Assembly: GCA_951406725.2 (NCBI GenBank)
Contig: OX597820.1
Coordinates: forward strand, 107,632,001-107,696,000
Reading direction: 5' to 3'
DNA from: Octopus vulgaris
Taxonomy: Eukaryota
DNA length: 64,000 bases
Position 1 is the first letter of the stretch; each line of letters starts with the position of its first letter. A program made the translations under genes and the position numbers. The notes below the pieces were generated by a model. That model was not told the origin of the DNA. It did no database searches and worked only from the letters and a program-made list of their open reading frames with translations. This document shows, piece after piece, positions 12,944 through 25,424 of the stretch.

Positions 12944-14920
12944 ATGCTACAACCATTTTTTAGACGCAAACCAGAGAAACAGAGATGTGAAATGGAAACA
13001 AATAAACAAGTCCAACCGAAAATAATCAACCTGTCAAAAAAAATCCTGACTTCTATACAAATCAAAATCCTAGCAAGAGGTTTAAAATTTACCCCTACCC
13101 CCTGCAGATCGAACCCAAATGAAATCAAGGACAATACTTTGTACTTCTGCCGAAAATTGCGCCTCACAGAAGCTCTTTACAACTACACCAGTGAAAATGA
13201 TTCAATAGTGAAAAACAAAAGTGAGTACCATCCTACAAAAGGTAAAAATAAAGCACTTGATGTTTTCTGTGATCACATAACTTGTTTTCCTTACAATACC
13301 ATTCCAAAACAACATATCAAATCCAACCTTAATTTAAATGAATGGAAAGACCTTGTCGAGCTAAAAAATGACATAAACCTCACTATTAAAGAAACCGACA
13401 AAGGAAGTGCGGTAGTATTGATGGATATAGAGTACTACAAAAATTTAATACTGTCCATGTTGGAAAATAATACTTACTATGAGAAACTAACATATTACAA
13501 CCCATAGAAAACACTGAAAGACTTATTCTCCTTACTCCAAATTCATGGAAAGGGTCTTACTACACATAAAATAGACTATTTATCCAATTTCAAATACAGT
13601 CCTAGTCTATTCTACGGATTACTCAAAATACATAAAAATCCACACATTTGTGAAACCTGCAAAGTCTCTACAAGCCTATGCATTAATGTCCCTCCCCCTA
13701 CTGACCTCAAACTGAGACCCATCATAGCTGGCCCTTCTTGTGAAACCCACCGTTTGAGCAACTTCCTCGACATATTACTCAAACCTTTTTTAAAATATGT
13801 GAAAAGCTTTATCAGGGATGACCTAGACATGCTGAACCACCTCCCGAAGACAGTAAAGGACAGAACACTACTGGTATCTTTCAATGTGGTAAATCTATAC
13901 ACCTATATTCCACACGACTATGGTATAGAAGCAATCACATTTTGGCTAGAAAAATACCCAGAAGAGATCCCAGGACGAATTAACCACAATTTTATAATTG
14001 AAGCACTGAAATTCGTCCTGATGAACAATCATTTCTTGTTCGATACTACTTACTATCGACAAAAATGCAGAATTGCAATGGGAACCAGAGCTGCTCCAGT
14101 GATTGCAAACCTCGTAATGGGTTACCACGAACTCAAGTTATACCAATCATCACTAGAAAAATATGGCGCCTATTTTAATTGCTACTTAAAGGAGAACTGG
14201 AAGAGATATTTAGATGATTGCTTCATACTTTGGAAAGACAGCATTGATCAACTCCTTGATTTCAAAAAAATGCTCAACAACATACACAGCAATATACAAT
14301 TCACAGTAAGCAACTCCCTTTTCTAGACATCTTAATTAGAATAGTTAACAACCACATAGAAACAGACATCTTTTATAAACCCACAGATTCTAAACAATAC
14401 CTATTATTTAACTCCTGCCACCCCAAACACATAAAAATCAACATACCCTTTAACCTAGCGAAAAGAATCTGCACCATAGTTTCCGATACATACACTTGAG
14501 AACATATACTCCTTGAACTTAGATCTACATTAACTAAAAGACATTACACAATCTCATTAGTAAATGAAGGCATCAAAAGAGCTAAGGAAATAGATATACA
14601 AATGTTAAGGAAAACTAGCCGAAATACTAAACAAGACTTAAAAATACTCCCGTACATTTCCACACATAACCCTAGAAACAACGAAGCAGCCTTCAACATC
14701 ATCACCCAAAATCTTCCCATCCTCACAGCAGACAAAACAGTGAACGAAATTTTAAGCTCATATAAATTTATAAAAAGCAAAAAGCAACCGAAGTCACTGA
14801 AAAAAATATTAACCAGCACTAGACTGTATCCACTAACAACAGAGCCAAAAGTGACAAAATGTGGACGTTCTTACTGTGGAACATGCCCCCACCTTCTGGA
14901 GGGTTCAGAATTCCAATTTA
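12944..14920 (+). pseudogene. Penelope-like (Neptune-type) reverse transcriptase, disrupted
   Basis: IINLS..LARGLKFTPTP; LRPIIAG; LVSFNVVNLYTYIPH; IAMGT; RYLDDCF; PFLDILI; SCHPKH; Cys linker CGRSYCGTC. Confidence 0.92.
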
Positions 14921-15254
14921 TTATTATCTTATAATCATCTCATAATAATGACTTTTATGACTCTTATTACTACCTCAGTCAATCTAAATGTATATATTTG
15001 TCGTTACCTGTCATAAATAGCCTTTTTTTTATTTGCAATGTGCATTTTCGTTCCTGTTGTTATGCCAAGAGTACAGATGTGTAGTGTGCACTGGTTGAAG
15101 TTTTGTTTTCTCCAAACTCATCGGGCAGGGATATTGCATCAAGTTTTGCTAAAAGCTTGGTGGTGTTCAAGCTCAAATCCCCCAGAGGTTTCAACAGGCC
15201 TTTGGTAATGATGCCATCAGTAAAAACCCAGAGCAAGGAATGGTACAACTATTT

Positions 15255-16205
15255 CGTAAAATGGTTGGCATTAGGAAGGGCATCTATAGAAACCAATAGA
15301 GGATTGGAGCCTGGATGGCACTCAGGCCACCCAGCTCCTGTCGAACTGTCCAACTCATACCAACATGGAAAAGAGATGTTAAACAATGATGATGAGGACA
15401 TGCGCAGGCTTGAAAGAAATTAATCTAGCATGCTTTGCTGGATGTGCAATGTCAGTGTGTATGTATGACAGAGTGTAAGCATCTTGAGAGAAAAGTTGGG
15501 CATAAGAGGCATCAGATGTGGTGTGCAAGAGCAATGACTGTGCCAGTATGGTCATGTGATATGTATGGACGAGGACAGCTGTATAAAGAAGTGCCGATCT
15601 TTAACTGTGGAGGGAATCTGTGGTAGAGATAGACCCAGGAAGACATGGGACCAGGTGGTGAAGCATTATCTTCAAATGTTGGGCCTCACAGAGGCAATGA
15701 CTAGTAACTGAAACCTTTGGTGATATGCTTGCTTGAGAAGACCTGTCAAGCCAAGGGAAATCGTAGTTGTGGCTGATGCTGGTGTCATGTAACTGGCATG
15801 TAAAAAGCACCTTTCAAGCATTGGTTCTCACAGAGGAAATATGGTCAATGCTGGTGTTGTGTAACTAGCACTTGTGCAAGTGGCATATAAAAAGCACCTT
15901 CCAAGTGTTGGGCTTCATGGAGGCAATGACAAATGACAGAGACTGTTGGCAATATGCTGTGTTTTAGTAGAAGACCCATCAAGCCAAGTGAAATTGTAGT
16001 CGTGGCAGATACTGGTGTCATGAAACTGGCACCTGTGATGGTGGAATGTAAAAGTACCTATTACACTCTTGAAGTGGTTGACGTTTGGAAGGGCATTCAG
16101 CTATAGAAACCATGCCAAATCAGACTGGAGTTTGGTGCAGCTCCTCAGTTTACCAATTCTGGTCAAACCATCCAACATGGACAATGGATGTCAAATGATG
16201 ATGAT
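15255..16205 (+). mobile_element. RTE-clade LINE 3' fragments ending in (GAT)n
   Basis: [19 protein letters not shown] remnant and the tail shared with 40050-40203. Confidence 0.8.
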
Positions 16206-16223
16206 ATATATACAAAAACATAC

Positions 16224-16260
<37 letters not shown>

Positions 16261-16270
16261 AATATATTTT

Positions 16271-16372
16271 TTTATTATATAGAAGGAGCTTCTACAGGAC
16301 TAGTACTGTTTCAGAAGATTTCTCTTGAATGAAACAGTACTAGTCCTGTAGAAGCTCCTTCTATATAATAAA
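16271..16372. repeat. Perfect 43-bp-arm palindrome at a PLE-type terminus
   Basis: Arms 16271-16313 and 16330-16372 with a 16-nt loop; contains GAAACAGTACTAGTC (HHR 3' half). Confidence 0.9.
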
Positions 16373-16442
16373 TTAATTTTACTCTGCTATGTATTGAGTA
16401 CCTTACTTACTGTGGTTAACCCCGAATCAACCCGGGACCTAC

Positions 16443-16487
<45 letters not shown>

Positions 16488-16622
16488 TACCGGAGTAAAC
16501 ACATAAATGTGAAACAAGGTGGAAAAAAGAGTACTCAAATACCAGTGGTAGAGTAATATGCTTTATTTAAAGCAGCAGAAAATTCAACAAAACCTGTTAC
16601 TCTGAGTTTCCCATTGCAAAAA

Positions 16623-16660
16623 CTGTCCGATGAACGGCAACGGGAAACTCAGAGTAACAG
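16623..16660 (+). ncRNA. Minimal hammerhead ribozyme motif inside a ~60-bp-arm fold-back
   Basis: CTGT-CCGATGA-ACGGCAACGG-GAAAC-TCAGA-GTA-ACAG; U4 replaced by C; fold-back arms ~16556-16617 / ~16637-16698. Confidence 0.7.
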
Positions 16661-16732
16661 GTTTTTGTTGAATTTTCTGCTGCTTTAAATAAAGTATATA
16701 TATATATATATCTATCTATCTATCTATCTATC

Positions 16733-16767
<35 letters not shown>

Positions 16768-16768
<1 letters not shown>

Positions 16769-17510
16769 GAGGGGCGTTCAATAAGTAATGCCTCTGACCC
16801 ACTTCCCATAGCAGTAGAGCAATGAAATTTGGCACAGTTATTAGTCTTTTTCTACATAAAAACCACCCAGAGTTACGCATTTCTCCCATCGTTTGATGCA
16901 GCTCTGGAGACCGTTTTTGTAGAAGACCCCAGCTTGGTCCCCCAACCACGACGTGACTTCAGAAATCAAGGCTGCATCATCTGGGAAACGCTTTCCTTTC
17001 AAAAACAACTTCATGGCTGGGAAGAGGTGAAAATCAGAGGGTGCAAGGTCAGGAGAGTAGGGGGATGGAGGAGGAGTTCATAGCCGCATGCCTGTGCTTC
17101 TGATCTGGTGACACGCGAGTTGTGGACCGGAGCGTTGTCCTGCAGCAGGAGGATGCCTTTGTTGATTTTGATAGCTTCTCTTAATTTCCTCAAAAGTGAA
17201 GCATAATAGGCTCCTGTAATTGTGGTACCCTTTGCCAGGAAACCTGTCATCACTACTCCGTCCTGGTCCCAGAAGACTGTGAGCATGACCTTACCAGCGG
17301 AGGCCTGCACCCTTGCCTTCTTTGGAGGAGGTGAGTCACGGTGCTTCCACTGCATTGACTGGGCTTTGGTCTCTGGATCATAGTGATGGACCCAGGTTTC
17401 ATCCTGTGTAATCAGACTTTTGAAAAATTTTGACTCATCTTCTTGGCACATCTCCAAATTCATCTTCGAGCACTCGACTCGTTCTTGCTTCTGGAAAGGT
17501 GTGAGCAACC
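16768..17510 (-). mobile_element. Mariner (DD34D) 3' half with TIR
   Basis: TA|CGAGGGGCGTTCAATAAG terminus; TQDETWVHHYDPETK, LLQDNAPVH, and frameshifted SPDLAPSDFHLFP. Confidence 0.88.
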
Positions 17511-18400
17511 CATCCACACCCATGACAACTCTTGCAAAGAAATGCAATGTGTTCCTTTCCACAGTTTCGAGAGCTGTGAACAGGAACTTTGGCATGACTG
17601 GCCCTGTTTGACAATGCCATCATCTCCTAACAGCCAAGACTAAAGCAATCAGAGCTGAGAGATGCCCAAAGTTTCTGTCATTCATCAAGCATCAAGGTGC
17701 TGGAAAAACTCTCGTGTTTGTGGATGAGAAGAAGTTCACTGTGGAGGCTGAGGTGAATCACAGAAATTCTCGAGTGATTGCATACAACATTCCTGACATC
17801 CCCACTATGCTTGAGACTAAGAATCCTGCCTCTGTGATGATATTTGGAGCCATAGTGAGTGATGGAAGTGTCATGGATACACACTTCATTGAGTCTGGCT
17901 TGAAGATCAGTACAAAGGATTATCTGAACATCCTCTGTTACCTTGGATGGAGCAGAAGTTTGGGTTTGACAATGTGGTGCTTATTCAGGATTCTGCACCA
18001 TGCCATGGCTCAAAAGCAACACAGGCCTTCCTTGGTGAGGAGGTACCGTTTTTTGTGAGGGCCAACATCTGGCCCAGTAATAGCCCAGATCTCAACCTTC
18101 TCAATTACATTTTATGGGGCATACTTCAAGCAAGGATCAATGCTTCACCACACTTGAGTGTCAACAGTTAGAAGATCTGCATCATGCATATGGTATGAAA
18201 AATCAAAAAGGCAGAGGTTGCAGCAGCTGCAAAGAATGTTTGCTCTCATTTGGAGGCATTGATTGTGCAAAAGGGCAGCTATATTGAGTGACAAATGTTT
18301 TTGTTGTAATAAATGTTACCTTAAAATTATATCTGTCTACTACCATTATTTTAGTATTTATGCATTGTAAAAATTGTCTAAATTTATTTACAAGACCCTG
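17511..18400 (+). mobile_element. maT/Tc1-like (probably DD37D) transposon 3' part
   Basis: FVDEKKFTVE, VMIFGAI, QDSAPCH, WPSNSPDLNLLNYILWG; ends ACCCTG|TA. Confidence 0.8.
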
Positions 18401-19168
18401 TAGTTTCCTCACGGCCCACCAGATTACTGAATGTGGTATTCTGTCAAATGCTTTTCCAAATCAACTAAAGCTCAGTATGTTGGGTGGGTGGGGCGTGTGT
18501 GTGTACATATATGTATGAATGTGTGTATGTCAAGAAAAATTGAATATGGAAACACCTATTTGTAAACAAAGTCATGAAGCACACAGTTGTTACTGATTCA
18601 CATGTATATGTGAGTCACTATTAGTGCTACTGGTAACATGTAACTCAGTACAACCTGTCACAAGGTTTGGCTGGTGGCAACTAAACCAGTAACCCTACCA
18701 GGCCTGCTTGGTAAGGCAGGTGGTTTTTGTTGGACACCCTGCAGGACAGATAACAAAACTTGCCAAAGGACAGATGAACGCAATATGTCAGCAACCATCC
18801 AACAGCCAGGAGTGAGAAACCCCAAGTTTTTATTTAGACAGCTTTCCAGAAGGAAAACTCCCATGTAACACCTGTATCTTTGTTTGCATCCAGTGATGTA
18901 AACTAGTTTTTGTTTTTGGACAAATTCATACATTGTTTAGAGAGTAGGATTCTTTAAAAAGCTTAGACCACAGAACAGGCGTAGCTTAATTTTGAATATC
19001 ACTATCGCATACCAAGGCTGGTAATAACTGATTCCAATGATGTAAACTTGTTTTTCTTTTTGGACAAACACATATTGTTTAGAGTGTGGGATTAGCCCTA
19101 TGCAAGTCCTTTCCTCACTTTAAAAAGCTTCAACCACAGCACAAGTATAGCTTAATTTTTAATATCTG

Positions 19169-19170
19169 TC

Positions 19171-19210
<40 letters not shown>

Positions 19211-20010
19211 AAACAGAGAGATTTTGTTTGTTTCTGTGTTTGTTCGTTTGTTTGTCCAAAATTATGCAATGGTACAATACTAATTGTGCACAAACCTATG
19301 AGGAACTCCATTGAGGCAAATATTCTCACTGGTTGTGGTAAAAGTGAGACCGTCTTCATTCCTTGCATACCAGTTATACCATTTAACGTCCCATTCCAAT
19401 TTAAGATGTTACAGTTTCCTATCCCAATTTCTTTTGCCATGAGCATTAACAGAACTCAGGGCCAAACACTAAAAGTTGCTGGATTGAAATTTGAAGAACA
19501 AACAGAAGTCTGCATATGAAATTCATCTTTTTTCTACTTCAAATATATAATATTATATAATACACACATACAGGATGAGTAAACCTAAATATGTACTCAT
19601 CTCATCCGGGTTCAGATTTGAAACTGAATCTTTCAGTTCTCCTTGGGCCTCTTCAAATGTCAAAAGAAACCATGACAAATGAGTCTTCCACTTCCCCTGT
19701 GGCCTTCTCAGTGCCATCACACTGTCACCTGCATTTTGTAAAGTTATTCTTCTATATGATATAGCTACACTTCTAGCTTCATTCATGTTCAAACTGAATC
19801 TTTCAATTCTCCTTTGTATACAGCCCATTCAAACATCAAAAGGAACGGTGACAAATGGATGTTCCACTTGACCTGCAGCCTTTTAAGTGCCATCGCAGTC
19901 TACTGGATTCTGTAAAGCTGTTCTTCTATATGATATACCTATTTTTCTAGCTTCTTGGCCCGAGAAACAGTAAAAGTAATTACCCAATCAATGACGGGTG
20001 TTACTGCTAG
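19169..20010 (+). mobile_element. Internally deleted Helitron with Pif1 helicase remnant
   Basis: IEANILTG..ETVFIPCIP..FQFKMLQFPIPISFAMSINRTQGQTL (19286-19519); 3' hairpin ACCC..GGGT then CTAG|T at 20007-20011. Confidence 0.85.
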
Positions 20011-21012
20011 TGTTAAATAAAATCATAGGACTTATCTAAGTATATAGTTAACTCTTATAAATTTCTAAGTGTTAATGCCAAGAACAGTGAAAAGGAGTTC
20101 ACAGAAAGATGTAGACTAAAGTTTCAATTCCTGGCAAAGAATCAAGGAAATGTTCTGTTTAAAATGCTATCTGTGCTAAGATCATGAAATGTGGAAGTGA
20201 AAGACTACATCAAAGTGTAAGAATTAACACTTCCTCTTCAAGCCTAGATTCGAAACCAAATCCAAGAATTCTCGGTCGTCCAAACCACGACAATCAACAG
20301 GTGCAAAAAAAGGTTTTCTTTGTCCGGTCAAAAATTGATTGATCATCTCCCTTTGACCTGCGACCTCATCATGTCAGACGAAGTTCAACTGGACAGGCGC
20401 TGACCTATTTAGGTATAAACTCTGCTGCAGTATGTCTGTCTTTCTAGCTGCCACAAATATTATAAAACCGTGGTGAAACAAGAGAGGCAGGCAGACAAAC
20501 AGGGCAGACAGACGAGATAGTCCACCTACAGAAGGTTTTGGCAGAGACCGAGAGAAATGTTTCGAAATGCTACGATCGACTACTGTTTCAAATGATCAAT
20601 GCACACATGCACACACACAAACACATTCATTCCTAATATGACTTCCACGAATGTACTCTGTATTTCTAGCAACTCGTAGCAGTTGCCTACATTTTGTATG
20701 TAGTGTACCTATAACGAATCAAACACTGTAAATAAATTCTTTTCAATTATGGATCGGTTTACGTATTTGTTTACATACACATTCCATTTGCATCTATATA
20801 TATATATAAATAATGAAATTATTGTATACAGTGCTCAGGTGCACCACAACTTGTCAAAAAGTGCATACAAAGTATATGCAGTAATATACAAATGTCTGGA
20901 AAGCGAACAGTATATGAGTCAGATACATGCTTGCGTGTGTATGGAGGGAAGAAAATCAGGTGTAGTGTTGGCGAATCTCGGGAAGCATGGAAGTTTTGAA
21001 GGATGCAGTGCT

Positions 21013-22795
21013 CTAACAACTAACAACTGATGCCAGTAGTTTGTTCCATGCTTCAGCAACTCTCAGCGTGAAAAAATGTTTCTGAAAGTCATGTGAGCTG
21101 TGCTGTTTTCTGACTTTGTAAATATGTCCACGGGTGTTAAACAGATGGAGCTTGAAAAGGTGCTCAGAGTTATTGTTGGTAAGATGGTTAATAATTTTAT
21201 GGGTGTCTGCCAAGTCAGCTGCCAGACGTCGGAGTTTCAATGTGTCCATGCCCAGGGAAGTAAGGCGTTCAGAATATGGCAAATGCCTGATGGAAGGTAT
21301 TCTTTTGGTTGCACGTTGCTGAACGGCTTCCAGACGATTAATATCCTGGGCAAGATAGGGGTTCCAGACTGGTGATGCAAATTCCAGGTGAGGTCTTACC
21401 ATAGCTATATAAAGCTGCAAATAGATAGCTGGAGAGCGGCTCACAAAGGACTTGGTGAATGATGCCAAGACACCCTCAGCCTTCTTGGCAATTTTAGCGA
21501 TGTGTTTTGTCCAACACAAATCGCTGTCAACAATAACACCCAGGTCATGTTCACACGAAGACTTTTTGAGAATAGTGTTGTGGAGGGAGTAAGTAGACGC
21601 TGGGTTTTTCCTCCCAGAATGCATGGTGGTACATTTGTCCACAGCCAGCTTGAGTTGCCAGTCCATGATCCACTGCTGCATAGTGTCCAGGTCTGATTGC
21701 AATAGAGATCTATAGTGTACAGGATCTGACCTCTTTATTTCGAGGTACAGCTTGATGTCATCTGCATATTTTAGCAATGTGTCATTCTTTAAGTTGGCAT
21801 CTATGTCATTAACATATGCAACAAATAAAAGGGGGCCAAGAACAGATCTCTGTGGTACACCAGACGTCATCTCATAGGGTGAGGAGTGCTGTCCTAGAAC
21901 TGTGACAACCTCTTTTCGGCCGAAAATAAAGGACTTCAACCAGTTATAGAGATCGTCTCTTACACCCAACACAGAGAGTTTCACCATAAGTCTTTTGTGT
22001 GGCACAGAGTTAAAAGCCTTAGCAAAGTCCAGGTATACAACATCCACCCAGGATCCGCGATCAGTGATTTGGGTAACGTCCTCAAGAAACTCGATGAGTT
22101 GATTACAGCAGCTGGAGTTAGGAATAAATCCAAATTGTGACGGCTGGATGAGGCTGTGAGACTTCCAGAAGTTCGAGAGAGTTTCCCTGACACAGGATTC
22201 CATCAGTTTGGCAATGCAGCTAGTAAGACTAACGGGGCGATAGTTGACAGGCGATGTGCGGTCACCTTTTTTGAACAGAGGGATAATACTGGCAGTTTTC
22301 CACTGCTCTGGAGTAACACCATTGTCAAGACAGAATTGGAAGAATAGAGAAAGTTGGCTTAGAAGAAAGTACCCACCACGTTTGAGAAGTAGGTATGTAA
22401 CACCATCGAGACCAGGAGAAGCATAGTTGCATTTATTTTTAAGGTGGCGTTGTAGCATTGCTGATATAAATTTTATAGTAGATATAGAGTCTGGTGTCAG
22501 AGGTGATGAAGATGGAACATTTTGGTCTTTGACAGTAAAGATGCCTGCATAGCATCCAGCAATGATTTCTGCTCATTCTTTGGGATTGTCAGTAATCTAG
22601 CCTGTGTGGGAATTGCGAAGGGGACCAACTGGAGAGTGAGGTCTCTGCTTTGAGTGTACATACTTCCAGAACACTTTGCTGTCAGAGTTGGTTGCTATGC
22701 GTTGTTCAAATTCAAGCACTGCCTTTTTTGTCACCTGCTTGAGATGGTTGGCTGATCTATTGCGCTTTTTCCTGTTGATCTCTGATTAGTGCAAT
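21013..22795 (-). mobile_element. CR1-clade LINE RT fragment
   Basis: ORF 21013-22458: PGLDG, YRPVSLTS, YLDFAKAF, GVPQ, YADD, HLEFASPVWNP, TRGH. Confidence 0.92.
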
Positions 22796-23754
22796 TTGTA
22801 TCTATGTTCATTGATACACATATAACCACTACAAATGTGTAAATGCAAAAAGTTAGGATTGAAGTGTGTGTCCCAAATGATTGGAAAGATCTACTCTTGA
22901 GGGTTCTCTTTTTAGAGAAAGGTTGGAAAGATAACTGTGGGAATTACCATGGAATATCTCTTCTCTTTTTTGTTGGCAAGGTGTTATGTAGGATCACGCT
23001 GGACACTTCTCATCTTTAAATGGGAGCATTCAAGAAGACATCTAAGACTGAACATTGCTTCCTTTTTTATTGTCTAACTCTAAATGCCTATTTCCTGTAT
23101 GCAACAGCTTAGCTTTTTTTAAATTTTTTTTTTATCATTACTGTTATTATATATATATCTCTACACCTACTCATGATGACCAGTTAAATGAAAGCTTCGT
23201 GTGAGTTTAGGATTCCACAAATTCTGCCAGTGTGCCACCCTTTACACAGGTAAATGAAAAATGCAAAAGCATGACACTCTTTTAGTGTTTTCACTCATTG
23301 GACTGTGGCCATGCTGGGACACTGCTTTCAAGGTTTTAGTTGATCAAATTGATTCCAACCTTTTTCAACTTTTTAGTTCTTTGTTTATCAAATAAGTTTT
23401 ACTTTTTTTAATTAAAGGAATGTGACTTGGCACACTGATTTACAGCAGTACACATAGACTGACACAGACAGACACGCACACACGCACGTGTGCATGCACA
23501 CATGCATGCACGTGCGCACGCACACACACACAGTGTATGAGGATGTCAGTTTCTATAGTTTCCACTTACCAATAGCACTAATGAACCCAAGGCCACAGTA
23601 AAAAACACTTGCAAATTGTCATGAAGTGGAATTGAACCCAGAACCATGTAGCAAACTTGTTAAGAACACAGCTCTGCCTAGATTTGAAATAAGTTGGGAT
23701 CTTAGTTTATCAACAATTTATTTTTTATTCTACGAGAATCCATCACTAAAACCA

Positions 23755-23925
23755 GGCAACTAGTTTAGTAGTGAAGTAACAGAATCGTTAGAGTATCTGA
23801 AAAAATGCACAGTGGTGTTTAATTATGATTCCTTATGTCTTGAGTTCAAATATCACCAAGATCAAGTCTACCTTAATTCTTTTGGAGCTCAATAAAATAA
23901 AGTAAGAGTCAGTATTAGAGTCAAT
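23755..23925 (+). mobile_element. Degenerate SINE
   Basis: CAGAATCGTTAG...GAGTTCAAAT B-box-like head; decayed. Confidence 0.5.
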
Positions 23926-24715
23926 GAGTAATATCTCTAATTTATTATTTCATCCATCTGTTTCCAGCTTAGTGAAAAACTAATGTGTATGCATGTGTGT
24001 ACATATATATGCATGCATGCACATACACAAGAGCATACTAGAAGTACTAACCATCATATGACAGGTGACTTTGGAGGTATACTTTTACCATCATAGGTAA
24101 TATCAGGAAATATATACCATGCATACAATAATTATAGCTTAACTTTTATTAAATTCTTGGTGCTTATACTTAGTGATGAAATGAATATTGATTTTCAAAA
24201 GAAAAATATTACCTTAAATTAAAATTAAATTAAACACATACGTACAATAATTATCATTTAACTTTTAACAAATGTCCAGGTGCTTGTATAAAATGAAGTG
24301 ACTACTGTTATTCTAAAGAAAAACATTAACTTAAAATTAAATTTCTCATTTGTATAACTCCTTCCAAAACTACTGTCATTTATTCCCTCTCCTCCTATCA
24401 TCAAACTTAGTAAGGTCACTCATCCTGCAGCCCTTCTGTTCACTCTGTTTCGTATCTCATTTTAATGTCTTCCCTCCTCTCTCTATATGATGTAAAGCAT
24501 GATTGGAGAATTCAACCAATTTTTATATCAGCTATGTATGTATGTATTTATGTGTGTGTGTGTGTGCATGTATGTATACACAAACACACACAAACAAGCA
24601 CTTTCTCTAATTGATTTTATTTTACCTTCTTAAAACAATATTCTTCAGATTTTTGTTTTCAGTATCAAAAATTCTGTTGCCAGCATGAAACAGGCATAAA
24701 AGGATATTGATGACA

Positions 24716-24754
<39 letters not shown>

Positions 24755-24759
<5 letters not shown>

Positions 24760-25424
24760 AACTCAACATGTCCCTTTTGGCGGACAAGGAGTACAGAAGT
24801 CGGATTAAGTTGTTAGTACAGAGGACATTGACCGGTTCTATTTTGAACAATAAATGGTGGTATACCCTCAAGCGAGCCATAAAATTTGAGTCTGTTAGAT
24901 ATAACATAGGACGAGTGGCTAAGGAGTCTAGGAAGGAAAGAGCACTAGTTAAGGCACTAGAAGAAGCAATGAGGATTGGTTCTGCAACCTTGGTGTTGGC
25001 AAAGAGACTGGAATTAAACCAGCACCTCGAAGCCAAACACATGGGAAGCATTATCAGAGCTAGAACTCATGTAATGGGATGTGAGGGAATCAAGGCTGCT
25101 GGATGGGCCCGAGTGGTAGAAGCTTAATGTGGCAATAATGCCACAGTAAGATCTTTGACGAATCAACAAGTTAAATTGGTAAACGAACCCAAGGAAATGT
25201 GCATGGCCTTTCAGGAGCACTTCACTTAACTTTTTGGGAGTAGCTGTGGACCAGAAAGTAGGAGGAACCTTACGGACTTCCTTGCTGGGCTGCCGCATCT
25301 CTCGGGGTGAGAAGCGGAGAGCTGTGAAGAGTTAATCACAGCTGCAGAGGAGGAGGATGCTATGGCAGACTGCAGCAGGAACAAAGCACCAGGACTTGAT
25401 GGTCTAATCTATGAATTATATATG
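24755..25424 (+). mobile_element. L1/Tx1-like ORF2 linker fragment
   Basis: WKLNMSLL..WWYTLKRAIK and KAPGLDGLIYELY motifs. Confidence 0.7.

Larger units (their letters stand above)
11745..15052. mobile_element. Rearranged PLE with inverted terminal copies
   Basis: 11745-11880 is the reverse complement of ~14918-15052; ~12410-12450 is the reverse complement of ~14878-14918. Confidence 0.85.

Noticed and set aside
23211-23249. 39-nt AG/GT-bounded micro-exon
   Set aside because: Weak polypyrimidine tract, lies among repeat fragments, expected by chance.
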